A stretch of 64,000 bases of DNA from Candidatus Hermodarchaeum yapensis (GCA_016840405.1 JAEOSK010000008.1:1-64000); one strand, 5' to 3'. Shown: positions 9,484-20,221, counted from the stretch's first letter. Notes: a model not told the origin generated them from the sequence alone. Numbers and translations: made by a program.

Positions 9484-10158
9484 ATGGCGTCCCCATCACA
9501 GAAGTTCTCCACTAGTAGAGCCCGACAGGTTCAAGAGAGTTTGGTAAGCCGCATGATCGAGAAAGACGATCTTAAGGGTCCAATAAAAACGGTTTGTGGT
9601 CTAGATGTAGCTTACCTTCATCAAACAGCGATTGGTGCTGCGGTGCTTCTGAGTTTTCCTCAGCTAGAGGTGCTTGAACAAAAAATCGTGTATTCCCATG
9701 TAACTGTACCCTACATACCCACTTTTCTTTCTTTTCGGGAATTTTCCCCACTTTCCCTTGCATATGCCTCGCTCCAAAACCAATCAGACATATGCTTTGT
9801 TGATGCACATGGACGAGCACATCCACGGAAGTTAGGTGCTGCAAGTCATTTCGGTATCTTGAAAGACATCCCAACAATTGGTGTAGCAAAACGATTACTC
9901 TGTGGAGAAATTAATTCCACTTCACATCCATACGAAACAATAACACTAGACGATGAGGTGATTGGAGCAAGAATAAACTCCAAATCAGGATGTAACCCAA
10001 TTTATGTTAGTGTAGGTCACAGAATTTCCCTTGAAACGGCTGTGAAAATGACTTTGCAATGCGTTACAAAATATCGGCTTCCTGAGCCAACTCGGCATGC
10101 CCATCGATTAGCTACAAAAGCCCGACTGGAACTAAAACAAAAGGAGAAGATGGCTTGA
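9484..10158 (+). CDS. nfi: Endonuclease V
   Basis: GLDVAY, PYIPTFLSFRE, VDAHGRAHPR, IGVAK, YRLPEPTR. Confidence 0.93.
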   Translation: MASPSQKFSTSRARQVQESLVSRMIEKDDLKGPIKTVCGLDVAYLHQTAIGAAVLLSFPQLEVLEQKIVYSHVTVPYIPTFLSFREFSPLSLAYASLQNQSDICFVDAHGRAHPRKLGAASHFGILKDIPTIGVAKRLLCGEINSTSHPYETITLDDEVIGARINSKSGCNPIYVSVGHRISLETAVKMTLQCVTKYRLPEPTRHAHRLATKARLELKQKEKMA

Positions 10159-10844
10159 AGGATCAGTTGTGGTTTACTCTTCTAACACTGGCTCAACTTG
10201 GTGCAGTGAACAACAGTATCCGCACCTCAACCTCACGTCTAGCACATCTACTGAAAACCAGTCAACAAACTGCGTCACGGAGAATTGCTGCACTTGAACG
10301 CATGGGTTGGATTCGACGCACCCTGAATACTCGTGGGCAATTAATTCGCATAAGACAAAAAGGAGTTGAAGAATTAACACAGATACAATCCATCTTAGAA
10401 CTTGCGATGACAAAAAAACGGGTTTTGAGCTTTCAAGGGCGCGTTTTTACTGGTTTAGGCGAAGGAGCATACTATATCCAATTAGAAGGATATCGAAAAC
10501 AATTCAGAAAAAAATTAGGCTTCAATCCCTATCCTGGAACTCTCAATATCCAGCTGATTTCTAATTCGGATGTTAACGAGTTTCAGTTGCTTAGGGCAAC
10601 AATAGGAATCGAAATTCACGGTTTTGCTAGTGGAGATCGCACCTTTGGTCCAGTAACGTGTTATCCTGCAACAGTTAATGATCAACAAAAAGCAGCTATA
10701 CTCATAATTGAACGAACCCATCATCACCCTAATGTTGTAGAAATAATTGCACCGATAAATCTTCGCGAGAAACTTAGCGTATCAGATGAAGATATTATCA
10801 CTGTGAAATTCGATCTTTCCGATTCATATACGCTTTCTCAATAA
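10155..10844 (+). CDS. ribK: CTP-dependent riboflavin kinase with N-terminal wHTH (RbkR type)
   Basis: SQQTASR HTH; GLGEGAYY, PYPGTLN, EIIAP..LR. Confidence 0.92.
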   Translation: MKDQLWFTLLTLAQLGAVNNSIRTSTSRLAHLLKTSQQTASRRIAALERMGWIRRTLNTRGQLIRIRQKGVEELTQIQSILELAMTKKRVLSFQGRVFTGLGEGAYYIQLEGYRKQFRKKLGFNPYPGTLNIQLISNSDVNEFQLLRATIGIEIHGFASGDRTFGPVTCYPATVNDQQKAAILIIERTHHHPNVVEIIAPINLREKLSVSDEDIITVKFDLSDSYTLSQ

Positions 10845-11247
10845 TTCTCGTTGTGCTGCTTAACGGGTATTCAGTGAATAGCTGATCCAGCCGCATCACC
10901 TTGGTTTTCAGGCCGCGTTGGCGTAAACGGTCTTGCACCTCGTCAACTGACATTTGTTGATTAGGGCCTAGTAATAGTATGTCTGGGTTTAATTCCTCAA
11001 CAATGCTAAGGAAATCTGGTCCCGAATTACCAAGTATCGCCTTGCTAACTCCTTTCAGAGCCTGAACCATGAAGAGGCGTTGCTTTGCTGGAACAATCAC
11101 AGGATGACCTTTAGCACGAAGAACATTTTCATCCCGCGCAATAACCACGGTCACTTCACCAAGCTTTGCAGCTTCTGAAATCAGAAAAACATGTCCTGGG
11201 TGAAGAATATCAAAAGTTCCAGCAATTACAACTTGTTTTGCAGTCAT
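10798..11247 (-). CDS. ribL: FAD synthetase (archaeal cytidylyltransferase fold)
   Basis: AGTFDILHPGH, SSTTRI; adjacent to ribK. Confidence 0.85.
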   Translation of the reverse strand: MTAKQVVIAGTFDILHPGHVFLISEAAKLGEVTVVIARDENVLRAKGHPVIVPAKQRLFMVQALKGVSKAILGNSGPDFLSIVEELNPDILLLGPNQQMSVDEVQDRLRQRGLKTKVMRLDQLFTEYPLSSTTRIIEKAYMNRKDRISQ

Positions 11248-11304
11248 CCTATTTTGCCTTTGTAACACATGTAAGTATAAAATCCTACGGCTCAGCCATT
11301 CTTC

Positions 11305-11320
11305 AGAAAGCTTTAAAGTA
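11305..11320 (+). promoter_or_regulatory. BRE-TATA promoter of tRNA-Lys
   Basis: AGAAAGC-TTTAAAGT ending about 26 nt upstream of the tRNA 5' end. Confidence 0.6.
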
Positions 11321-11345
11321 AGTGCTAGAAAAACTGCACAAACAC

Positions 11346-11466
11346 GGGCTCGTAGCTTAGCCAGGCAGAGCGTCGGGCTCTTAAGCCGAATGTATCGGAG
11401 ACACCCGATTGTCGGGGGTTCGAATGATCGTGTACTACGATACCGAAAGTCCCCCCGAGCCCGCCA
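11346..11466 (+). tRNA. tRNA-Lys(CUU) with two introns (37/38 at 11384-11402; 59/60 at 11425-11449), CCA encoded
   Basis: Cloverleaf GGGCTCG/CGAGCCC; anticodon CTT 11380-82; both introns form bulge-helix-bulge (CTCT/GGAG, TTCG/CGAA). Confidence 0.92.
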
Positions 11467-11472
11467 TTTCTC

Positions 11473-12471
11473 TTATTCTAAAAAATGCTCATAACCTCTA
11501 GGCTCAATAGAAATTTCCTTACCATCCTTTAGTAACACCTTCTCAGGCGCTTCAACGATTTTTCCAATCGGAATTAGATTTCCACCCACCTTATTTACTA
11601 CTTGAAGTGCCTTCGACCATCGGTCGGGAGGGATGGTTACAACGAGTTCGAACTCTTCGCCGCCGTAAAGGGCGAAGTCAACCACATCTAAATCATGAGC
11701 CGCTGCGAATTTTGAGCAAATTGACGGTATTGGAAGGTTGTCAATATGAAAGCCTACGTGGCTTGCTGCTGCAATTTCATGCAATGACCAGGCTAAACCA
11801 TCACTGCTATCTATTGCAGCAGATGCTGCACTCGTTTTTGCTAGTGCATTACCTTCTGGAATGCGAGCCCGTGGATGGAGCGCTTTTTCTCGAATCTCCT
11901 CGACAACTTTCGCAGGCTTTTTTCGATCATTTAGAACCGATTCAAACAGGGCACCTGTATATCCAAAATCACCTGTTACAGCAATAATATCCTCAGGAGA
12001 GGCTCCCCTTCTTCTAATGAGCTTGTCCTGAGGAACCCTTCCGAAAGCTGTACAATCAATTACTAATTCCAAGCACTGATTTGTATCTCCACCAAGATAG
12101 TATGTTCCATGTTCTCGAATCACACAATTTAATCCACCCACAAGTGCTGCAGCAAAATTTGCCTCTGTATCTTTGGGAAGCCCCAGTGAAACAATCATTC
12201 CCAATGGTGTAGCTCCTTTTGCTGCTAAGTCACTTAATCCCATAACTCCTGCTTTCCACCCAATTTCAGCAGGAGTCATTCCCGGCAAAACGTCTGTTGA
12301 GGCAACAAGCATATCGCAATTCACAACAAGCGCATTACCATCCCACGGTATTGCAACTGCATCTTCCATTCCAGATAGTAATGCCTCATCAAATTGGGTG
12401 ATTAAATCCTGAAACCATCGAATCAAACCACGTTCACCAAGGTCACGGACGGTGTTAGCCTTATCTGTCAT
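11473..12471 (-). CDS. thiL: Thiamine-phosphate kinase
   Basis: EDAVA, SDLAAKGA, GGDT, DSSDGL, GGEEFEL. Confidence 0.92.
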   Translation of the reverse strand: MTDKANTVRDLGERGLIRWFQDLITQFDEALLSGMEDAVAIPWDGNALVVNCDMLVASTDVLPGMTPAEIGWKAGVMGLSDLAAKGATPLGMIVSLGLPKDTEANFAAALVGGLNCVIREHGTYYLGGDTNQCLELVIDCTAFGRVPQDKLIRRRGASPEDIIAVTGDFGYTGALFESVLNDRKKPAKVVEEIREKALHPRARIPEGNALAKTSAASAAIDSSDGLAWSLHEIAAASHVGFHIDNLPIPSICSKFAAAHDLDVVDFALYGGEEFELVVTIPPDRWSKALQVVNKVGGNLIPIGKIVEAPEKVLLKDGKEISIEPRGYEHFLE

Positions 12472-12547
12472 GAAAAATCCCTTCTTCTCTACTATACACT
12501 CCTATGACGAAATCTTTTTGGGTGTCCCCACTCAACCCACTATCAAC

Positions 12548-12644
12548 GCCTCGGTAGCTCAGTGGTAGAGCGACAGCCTCGTAAACAGTCATTGACTTTC
12601 GAGATAGCTGCTGGTCGCGGGTTCAATCCCCGCCCGAGGCTCCA
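12548..12644 (+). tRNA. tRNA-Thr(CGU) with 37/38 intron (12584-12605), CCA encoded
   Basis: GCCTCGG/CCGAGGC acceptor stem; anticodon CGT 12580-82; BHB helix CTCG/CGAG. Confidence 0.93.
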
Positions 12645-12659
12645 CTCCCCATTTTTCTT

Positions 12660-14246
12660 CTAATTAGGTTTAACTCGCGAATCGACGATTTCCTGGAATT
12701 TTAACCCGCCCGCCTGCTCTAAGAGCGATTCTAAATCCATGAAATGAATAACAGGAGTAATCTCTGTTTCAGTCTTCGTTATTTTTTGAATTGTTCTTTG
12801 CGTTTTGGTTTTATCTGATCCTGCCTTCAAGACCACATTCAACGAAAGGACATCCATCGAATACTGGTCACTAGGTTTCGCCTTACTCACAACAATTTGC
12901 ACTTCATCAGTTTCTTTCATAGCCAACAGTGATTCACGTAAAGCTGTCAGATTGACAGTTGCACCCTTAATTTTCTCCTCAGCAATTCCCATTACCTGCA
13001 TTTGAGCATCAATTTCAGATTCCCGAGAGATATTGAAGAAGCAAGGCATTTCTAGTCCACAATGTGGACACTTCCCAGTAATCACCTTATCAACATGGTC
13101 ACCCATGAGGTACCCTTCAAACATAGACGACCTACCATCCACATGAAAAATGGTGATATACCCGCCTTCTTCTGGGCTGGTAAATTCGTAATTTCCTGCG
13201 TCATCTGTGAATTTGACGAAACGGATGGCAAAGGCTAAAGGTGAGAGATTATGATAACCGCCCTTTTCCTGACACTGACACGCTACACCAATCTTAGTTT
13301 CACTTGCTGCCCAGCCACCAATTACTCGTGTTTCCGTCATTCCAGCCTCAGCAAAGTATTCTTTGATATCGTCAATCACTACATCGTAAATCCGTTCGCC
13401 AGCCAACAAAATGATTCCACGTTTCTCTAATTTCGGCTTCTGAACCAACATTTCACGACAAAAAATATTTCGTAAATAACCAGGCATTGCCGCAAATCCT
13501 GTCACCTTAAACAATTCAGCCAACTGAATTAGCTTATCTGTTGAAATCGCACCACCTGCAGTGGAACGGACAATAAAATCAGCCATTTGAAGCAATCCCC
13601 CGTCAACACCGAAGAAACCAAGGTGTGGTGCAGACGGAAAAAGATTCATGGCACGGAGTTCGAATCCCTCTTTGACAAAGGGGTCGATTGCCATTTTTCC
13701 CGATTTTGCCATGTTGTTAAGCATGAGTTCGTTATCGTAATGGGTTAAGAATACAGGTGAAGGGAGCCCAGAGGCACGTCCAGAGGAGAACCAGAAGAAA
13801 CGCGGGGAGTATTGGTGTTTGATGTGTTCTAAGAGCTCCTGTGTGGCTTTCTCTTTACCAATACGGAGTTTGACTTTGAGTCCTCGGTTGAATACATAGC
13901 TTCTCTCTTGTTTGTAACCTGCTTCTTTGTAATAATCGAGGAGGTTTCTGATGACTTCCGCCGGATCGCGATCCTTTCCTTCCACTTGTTGAGGGTTAAG
14001 GACAAATTCCCGAAGATTTTCCTTGTAATCAGATTTTTTAACAAGGGGAAGTCCGTATTTAGCCCAATCTGTCGGAGTCTGAAGATCAAAGGGATCGACA
14101 TTATGTTTTTTGAATAATCGTCGGTAGAAGGGATGATTTGGGTAGACCTGGTACCGGATAAACGCCCGGAATTTCCGGTTTTGCAGAGATTCTATTTCAT
14201 CATATTTCATTGTTTTTAAATCATCAAATGTCAGAAACCGCTTCAT
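12660..14246 (-). CDS. Phenylacetate-CoA ligase-like adenylate-forming enzyme
   Basis: HPFYR, LPLVKKSD, SSGRASG P-loop, AGE, WAASE, YLMGD, KIKGATV. Confidence 0.75.
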   Translation of the reverse strand: MKRFLTFDDLKTMKYDEIESLQNRKFRAFIRYQVYPNHPFYRRLFKKHNVDPFDLQTPTDWAKYGLPLVKKSDYKENLREFVLNPQQVEGKDRDPAEVIRNLLDYYKEAGYKQERSYVFNRGLKVKLRIGKEKATQELLEHIKHQYSPRFFWFSSGRASGLPSPVFLTHYDNELMLNNMAKSGKMAIDPFVKEGFELRAMNLFPSAPHLGFFGVDGGLLQMADFIVRSTAGGAISTDKLIQLAELFKVTGFAAMPGYLRNIFCREMLVQKPKLEKRGIILLAGERIYDVVIDDIKEYFAEAGMTETRVIGGWAASETKIGVACQCQEKGGYHNLSPLAFAIRFVKFTDDAGNYEFTSPEEGGYITIFHVDGRSSMFEGYLMGDHVDKVITGKCPHCGLEMPCFFNISRESEIDAQMQVMGIAEEKIKGATVNLTALRESLLAMKETDEVQIVVSKAKPSDQYSMDVLSLNVVLKAGSDKTKTQRTIQKITKTETEITPVIHFMDLESLLEQAGGLKFQEIVDSRVKPN

Positions 14247-14444
14247 TAGAGAGCACCCATTACAACCTGTTTTTTTTCAATTGTAATGCATAGCTTGTTC
14301 GTAAACCGCAAAAAGACTTTCGATGGGTTAAAATTCGGAGGCCGTTCGGTCGCCATATTCTATCCTTTTATCAATTTGAACGAACTATAGCTAAATTGGA
14401 ATGGTTTATCCTTCTAAGAAGAAAGAGAAGAAAAGCGGGGAATG

Positions 14445-14693
14445 TTAATCGACAAGGTCGATGAGTGCGACGTCTTCGAAAATCCCGGAGGGTAATTTTC
14501 GACGAATAGTGATAGGGAGTACTCGCTTTTCCAATTCTGCCTCTGCAATTCGTATAGGATCGTGAAAATCGGGACCAATGCGAGTTAGAATTGGTGCACC
14601 CATGGAAATTTGAAGGGCACGAGCTCCCACTACTCGGGATTTTTCATATCGGGTCATTCGTTTAGGACCGATTTCAGGTCCCTTCTTCGACAC
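14445..14693 (-). CDS. rpoK: RNA polymerase subunit Rpo6 (K)
   Basis: TRYEKSRVVGARALQISMGAP, LPITIRR. Confidence 0.96.
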   Translation of the reverse strand: MSKKGPEIGPKRMTRYEKSRVVGARALQISMGAPILTRIGPDFHDPIRIAEAELEKRVLPITIRRKLPSGIFEDVALIDLVD

Positions 14694-14720
14694 ATTCTCC
14701 GCCTCTTGTTGTTATGTTAT

Positions 14721-16346
14721 TTAATCTTCGAAATCTCCGCCACCTGGTGGGCCACCTGGTGGGCCACCAGCAGCCATACCCTTAGAAGCTATGACGTCAT
14801 CAATGCGAAGGAGCATTTGTGATACTTCACTTGCTGATTTGATGGCTTGACGTTTCACTACTAAAGGCTCCCAGACGTTAGCTTTTGCTAAGTCACCAAC
14901 TTTGCCTTTGATACCATCGACACCTGCACTGACTTCGTTCTTCTCATGGCGAGCTTTGAGATCGGCTAGAATATCAATAGGATCAAGACCCGCGTTCTCA
15001 GCAAGAGTCTTAGGGATGATTTCCATTGCCTCTGCAAATGCTATGACTGCCAATTGTTCACGTCCAGGAAGCTTTTCTGCGTAGTCATGTAATTGTTTCG
15101 CAACATGAACTTCCGGAGCGCCGCCACCTGCTACCACACGACCATCCTCAACCACGTTCCGAATAACGCAGAGAGCGTCGTGTAAAGCCCTTTCAGCTTC
15201 GTCTAAGACGAGATCGGTGCTTCCTCGAAGGAGAATACTAACTGCCTTGGGATTCTTAGCTCCTTCTACGAAGACCATCTTATCATCAGCAATTTTCCGT
15301 TCATCAAACAATTGAGCAGATCCTAGATCTTTCTTTGTAATATCATCAAGGTTTGAAATGAGCTTTCCACCTGTTGCACGGGCAAGCTTCTCCATATCGC
15401 TTTCCTTGATTCTACGAACTGCGACAATTCCTTCTTGTGCCATGAAGTGTTGTGCTACATCATCAATTCCTTTTTGACATAGAACGACATTAGCTCCAAC
15501 CTTTTTGACTTTTTCAACCATATCCCGAAGCATTCTCTCTTCTTCGTCAAGAAAAGCCTGCATCTGAGAGACCTCTCGAATGTCGATTTTAGCAGTAAAT
15601 TCAGTCTTCTCAACTTCAAAGGCGCTTTGGATGAGGGCAATTTTCGGATTCTTGACCCGCTTGGCCATTCCAGGATGAACTACTTCTTTGTCAAGGACTA
15701 TTCCTTCGATGAACATTGTGTCTCGAATGGTGCCGCCCTGCTTCTTTTCAACTTTCACGTTGTCAATATCAGCCTGGGTTGAACCATCGATAATATCGGT
15801 GATTCGCTGGATTGCAAGCACACCCAAATCAGCTAAAACTTTACGAAATTCAGAGACAACCTTTGATTGCATAGCCGTCATAGCGACCTTCTTTAACATT
15901 GTATCACTGGAATCTTCAACAGCAATTGAATCAAGTACGTTCAATGCCTTCTCCGTCGCTTTCCGAAATCCCTCAACAATCACTGTTGGGTGAATCTTCT
16001 GATCAATAAGCATTTCAGCTTGCTTTAGGAGCTCACCTGCCAACACAACTGCTGAAGTTGTTCCATCACCTACTTCATCATCTTGGGTTTTCGCGACTTC
16101 AACAATCATCTTCGCGGCAGGATGTTCCACATCGATTTCCTTCAGAATCGTGGCTCCATCATTAGTAATCGTAACATCTCCGAAGCTATCAACTAACATT
16201 TTATCTTGACCTTTCGGACCAAGTGCGGTTCTAATAGCCTCTGCAATTGCGACAGCCGCCATTATGTTATTACCTTGAGCATCGCGGCCTCGCTCACGTT
16301 TTGTACCTTCTTTCAATAATAATATTGGAGTTCCACCGAGTGACAT
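14721..16346 (-). CDS. ths: Thermosome (group II chaperonin) subunit
   Basis: [30 protein letters not shown]; start moved to ATG 16346. Confidence 0.97.
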   Translation of the reverse strand: MSLGGTPILLLKEGTKRERGRDAQGNNIMAAVAIAEAIRTALGPKGQDKMLVDSFGDVTITNDGATILKEIDVEHPAAKMIVEVAKTQDDEVGDGTTSAVVLAGELLKQAEMLIDQKIHPTVIVEGFRKATEKALNVLDSIAVEDSSDTMLKKVAMTAMQSKVVSEFRKVLADLGVLAIQRITDIIDGSTQADIDNVKVEKKQGGTIRDTMFIEGIVLDKEVVHPGMAKRVKNPKIALIQSAFEVEKTEFTAKIDIREVSQMQAFLDEEERMLRDMVEKVKKVGANVVLCQKGIDDVAQHFMAQEGIVAVRRIKESDMEKLARATGGKLISNLDDITKKDLGSAQLFDERKIADDKMVFVEGAKNPKAVSILLRGSTDLVLDEAERALHDALCVIRNVVEDGRVVAGGGAPEVHVAKQLHDYAEKLPGREQLAVIAFAEAMEIIPKTLAENAGLDPIDILADLKARHEKNEVSAGVDGIKGKVGDLAKANVWEPLVVKRQAIKSASEVSQMLLRIDDVIASKGMAAGGPPGGPPGGGDFED

Positions 16347-16425
16347 ATGGTGTGTCACCTTCTTTGAGTAATATTGGTGCTGTTGCACCTTACACTGACA
16401 TATAAAAATTTCGCTGCTTCCTATC

Positions 16426-17547
16426 CTAAAGTCGAAGACGTCCGGCAAGTAAATGTAGATTTCCAATATGCGGAGGCTTACCCAGTTCTCTTTTTACAGC
16501 ATCATAACAACGCTGAACTTGATCTAATGGTGTTGCTGGTAAATCCTTCATGAGATGATGTGGATGAAAAATCAACAAACTGTATTCAATAGAAGGTTGG
16601 TTCAGTTCCTTCAGAAATTGAGCTATTTGTGTAACCTCATGTTCATCAACATAGTGAGGAACTAGAAGAGTTGTTGCCATCAAAGGAGGATAATCTCGCT
16701 CCCCAAAAGAGAGGAAATCAGCTAACATCTTGAAATTATTAAAACTTGGCTTTTTTGGTACACCAGAGAGTGCCTGATATATCGGTTCAGAGAAGGCTTT
16801 CAAATCAAATTTAATGATTCCACCTGCTTCTTCTACAAGTCTTCCCATCCTCTTCATTAAACTTGGATTCCCGTGACCATTCATCTCAAAGCATTGTCTT
16901 AATAAACGATCCTCAAAACGAGTTTGACACTTTTCCATGACCCGAATTGTAAATGGTAGCTGTGGCTCAGGTGACCCACCAAAATAGCAAATACATGAAA
17001 TCTTCTGATTTTGCTCAATTACATTCAAAAAATCTTCAATATCAACCAAGGATCCTTGTGCAATCCTTTTGTGTGAAACATTCTGACAGAATAGACAATC
17101 CAAACTACACCCATAAAAAAAGACGGCAAGATTCGAAAATCCATATTCGGCACTTGGCTTTTTTGCCCATTGTGGATAGCCTACACCCGTCCCAGCCGGA
17201 CAGAAATACGATCCGCAACAATTGGTCACGTGAGGGTCAAAGTAATAGTGCATCAACGCTTTCGTTGCCGAAACCTTAGCTTCTAAACGGCTTTCAACAT
17301 TGCTGCGCAATCCACAATAGCCCAAACCATCGGGAGGGATGATGCACTCATTTGCGCAGACCTTGCATTTCAAGCCTTTTTCTTCTTTGGGTACTGTTTC
17401 TGGTAGCTCAAAGAGATATTGGCGCCAACTGTGTGCATTCCAAACAAAGCTTTTTGATAATTCAGTATCTTTCCGAAGACAAGCAGAGCAAATTGGGAGA
17501 ACTTCTGAAAGATTGAATTCTTTGTGGCAAATTTCACAGCGAGTCAT
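16426..17547 (-). CDS. Radical SAM protein, PflA/AmmeMemoRadiSam-related, with N-terminal Cys clusters
   Basis: CKVCANEC...GYCG, GCSLDCLFCQN, GGSPEP, FDLKAF. Confidence 0.8.
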   Translation of the reverse strand: MTRCEICHKEFNLSEVLPICSACLRKDTELSKSFVWNAHSWRQYLFELPETVPKEEKGLKCKVCANECIIPPDGLGYCGLRSNVESRLEAKVSATKALMHYYFDPHVTNCCGSYFCPAGTGVGYPQWAKKPSAEYGFSNLAVFFYGCSLDCLFCQNVSHKRIAQGSLVDIEDFLNVIEQNQKISCICYFGGSPEPQLPFTIRVMEKCQTRFEDRLLRQCFEMNGHGNPSLMKRMGRLVEEAGGIIKFDLKAFSEPIYQALSGVPKKPSFNNFKMLADFLSFGERDYPPLMATTLLVPHYVDEHEVTQIAQFLKELNQPSIEYSLLIFHPHHLMKDLPATPLDQVQRCYDAVKRELGKPPHIGNLHLLAGRLRL

Positions 17548-17676
17548 AAATACGAACGTCACAGGACTTTTCTAGATTGAACTCCTACACACTGATGCAA
17601 AAGAATTCCGCTATTTCTGGCAATGTTCGAAATAGCTTTTTGTCCAATGATGTCAATTGAATAGTGGCGATAAATA

Positions 17677-19452
17677 GTGCAATATCGTGAGGTTTCCCAA
17701 TTTTATGATCGGTTAGAAAACACGACGAAACGACTTGAAATGATTGATATTCTCGCCGAATTATTCTCAAACTTGGTAGAAACATCTGATGCTGATACGA
17801 TGAATCGAGTCGTCTATCTGACCCAGGGCAAACTTTACCCGGACTGGACGGGTAAACCAGAAATTGGAATAGCGGAGAAAATGGCGATTAACGCAATTGC
17901 CATAGCGCTAGGAATTAATTCTAAACAAGTAACTAAAACAGTTAACACAACTGGTGATATTGGTATTGCTTGTGAACAGTTGTTAACCCAAAAGAGACAA
18001 ACTGCTCTTTTTCAGGTACCCCTTTCAGTTTTACAAGTGTATGAGTCGCTGGTCAAAATTGCTGCTGCACAGGGTACAGGAAGTGCAGACTTCAAAATTC
18101 GGACACTAGCAGGTCTAATCAACGCGGCTATTCCAATTGAAGCTAGATATTTACTCCGGACTGTGACAGGTGCATTGAGACTTGGTATAGCTGAAATGAC
18201 CGTACTCGATGCACTGGCTGTTGCCTTTGCTGGAGGCAAAGAAAATCGAGCAAAAATCGAACGAGCCTACAACATCACCAGCGATTTAGGATACATCGCT
18301 GGATTGATTTCCACAAAAGGGCTTCAGGCTATCGAGGATGTTCATGTATCTTTAGGGAAACCAATTCGAATGATGGCAGCCCAGAAATTATCCACTGCCC
18401 AGGAAATCATCGAAAAATTAGAAGGAAAACTCGCAGGTGAATGGAAACTAGATGGAGAGCGAATGCAAATCCATAAAAATGATCAAGAAATCACGATTTT
18501 TTCTCGCCGGCTTGAACAAATAACTGACATGTACCCTGACGTTGTACAATTAGCAAAAGAGCATTTCACATCTAAAACTTGTATTGTGGAAGGTGAAGCA
18601 GTGGCAGTTGATAAACAAGACACGGAAAAGCTGCTACCTTTTCAAGTGCTCATGCGACGTCGACGAAAATACAAAATTGATGAAATGGTCAAAGAGATAC
18701 CTGTTGCTATTTTCTTTTTTGATTGTCTTTACGTCGATGATATCGATCTCACACAGGAACCCTACTTGAAACGAAGAGCCCATCTCGAACAGATTGTCAA
18801 GAAGAGTAACTATACGCGTCTTGTACCCGCCAAAGAACTGGCTACTTCATCAGATGTAGAAGCTATGTTCCGTGATGCACTAGAACATGGTAGTGAAGGG
18901 CTAATCGTAAAATCTACTGGTTTGAATTCAATTTACCGTGCTGGGGCACGAAGCTGGCTGTGGGTAAAGCTCAAAGAATCTTACCAAGCTCAAGCCATAG
19001 GACCGGTCGATCTTGTTGTAGTAGGTGCGTTTTGGGGAAGAGGTCGACGAGCAAAAACCTATGGCGCTCTGCTTGCGGCGGTTCGTGATGAGGAAAGTGG
19101 TGAATTCAGAACGGTGTGCAAAGTTGGGACTGGCTTCAGTGACGAAGAACTTGAAAAACTTCCGGAACGCTTCAATTCTCTCATCCTTCCCCAGAAAGAT
19201 TCCTTAGTAGATTCTAAGATGAACGCCGATGTTTGGTTCCGCCCTGCCTTGGTCTTTCAAGTAGTGGGAGATGAGATAACTAGGAGCCCAGTTCATACCT
19301 GTGCATTCAATCAAGTGGCACCCAATGAAGGTCTTGCCATACGATTCCCACGATTTGATGGAACTTGGCGTTACGATAAATCACCTGAAGAAGCTACCTC
19401 AGTGAATGATATTATTACGGCATATAATGCCCAAACAAAAATCAGTAAGTAA
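17677..19452 (+). CDS. lig: ATP-dependent DNA ligase
   Basis: EWKLDGER adenylation motif, EGLIVK, WVKLK, IRFPRF. Confidence 0.96.
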   Translation: MQYREVSQFYDRLENTTKRLEMIDILAELFSNLVETSDADTMNRVVYLTQGKLYPDWTGKPEIGIAEKMAINAIAIALGINSKQVTKTVNTTGDIGIACEQLLTQKRQTALFQVPLSVLQVYESLVKIAAAQGTGSADFKIRTLAGLINAAIPIEARYLLRTVTGALRLGIAEMTVLDALAVAFAGGKENRAKIERAYNITSDLGYIAGLISTKGLQAIEDVHVSLGKPIRMMAAQKLSTAQEIIEKLEGKLAGEWKLDGERMQIHKNDQEITIFSRRLEQITDMYPDVVQLAKEHFTSKTCIVEGEAVAVDKQDTEKLLPFQVLMRRRRKYKIDEMVKEIPVAIFFFDCLYVDDIDLTQEPYLKRRAHLEQIVKKSNYTRLVPAKELATSSDVEAMFRDALEHGSEGLIVKSTGLNSIYRAGARSWLWVKLKESYQAQAIGPVDLVVVGAFWGRGRRAKTYGALLAAVRDEESGEFRTVCKVGTGFSDEELEKLPERFNSLILPQKDSLVDSKMNADVWFRPALVFQVVGDEITRSPVHTCAFNQVAPNEGLAIRFPRFDGTWRYDKSPEEATSVNDIITAYNAQTKISK

Positions 19453-19454
19453 CA

Positions 19455-19739
19455 TTATTTCTGCATCATTGCAAGCACTCTATCAGGCTCTAATCCTTCA
19501 ATCAGCAGGGTCTTTTTTTCCGACTTTCTGCCTGAAACAATACGCACATCTTCTATTGAAATTCCAAGGCGTTTCGCAATCACTTTAACAACCTCCGCGT
19601 TTGCCTGACCGCGAACTGGAGGCGCCTTGACGTACACTTGGCAATTTTTTCCCTCATTTAATTCGATGCCTTGCTTCTTTGATCGTGTTATTACTCGAAC
19701 AAAGAGTAAGGTTCCCTTATCGTGAGGCTCAATCATCAC
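19455..19739 (-). CDS. DUF167/YggU family protein
   Basis: APPVRGQAN, IVSGRKSEKK. Confidence 0.88.
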   Translation of the reverse strand: MMIEPHDKGTLLFVRVITRSKKQGIELNEGKNCQVYVKAPPVRGQANAEVVKVIAKRLGISIEDVRIVSGRKSEKKTLLIEGLEPDRVLAMMQK

Positions 19740-19823
19740 ATTCTGCCAGAACCTTTATCTGCCATATCAAAAATGTCTTACTAAACCAATTGTACTCCGG
19801 CAGTGAGAGGTGTAGGCACAAAA

Positions 19824-20195
19824 ATGTCAGATAATATTCAAGCCTGGGTCAACTATATGCAACAGGTTGATAGCACCATTATGGCTGTTTCCGTCATCCG
19901 AAATGATGGAACTGTAATGTTTACAACTCCAAATTGGACTATCGCTGGGGCTGAAATTCTTTCAGCAATTCAAAGCAAACCACCCAGTATCACAATTCAA
20001 GGAGTTAAATACAGCACAATTCAAGCAACTGATCATCATCTGGTTGCAACAAATGTTCGTGGTCAAGGTTCAATTGTTATCACTGCCGCGCGAGACAAAG
20101 GATATGTAATCGCCTACGTTTCTCCTCAAGGCGATGTGCAGGGCGCTTATGTCGAAATCGCCAAAGCGTCAGCTAACATTGGAGGCTTCATGTAA
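19824..20195 (+). CDS. Asgard-type profilin
   Basis: 123 aa; WVNY N-terminal helix, T.NW, ITIQGVKYS, LVATNV.GQGSIV pattern of Asgard profilins. Confidence 0.85.
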   Translation: MSDNIQAWVNYMQQVDSTIMAVSVIRNDGTVMFTTPNWTIAGAEILSAIQSKPPSITIQGVKYSTIQATDHHLVATNVRGQGSIVITAARDKGYVIAYVSPQGDVQGAYVEIAKASANIGGFM

Positions 20196-20221
20196 CTCAG
20201 TCCTGGCAATCACCATCGCAA

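Noticed and set aside
12630-14440. Integrated element at tRNA-Thr
   Set aside because: No duplicated tRNA 3' end (attR) or integrase found.
14740-14770. Tandem GGTGGGCCACC repeat
   Set aside because: Encodes the ordinary Gly/Pro-rich thermosome tail.
19177-19190. 13/14 match between part of the 63.8-kb cassette guide and the ligase gene
   Set aside because: The match misses the first guide positions and is compatible with chance.
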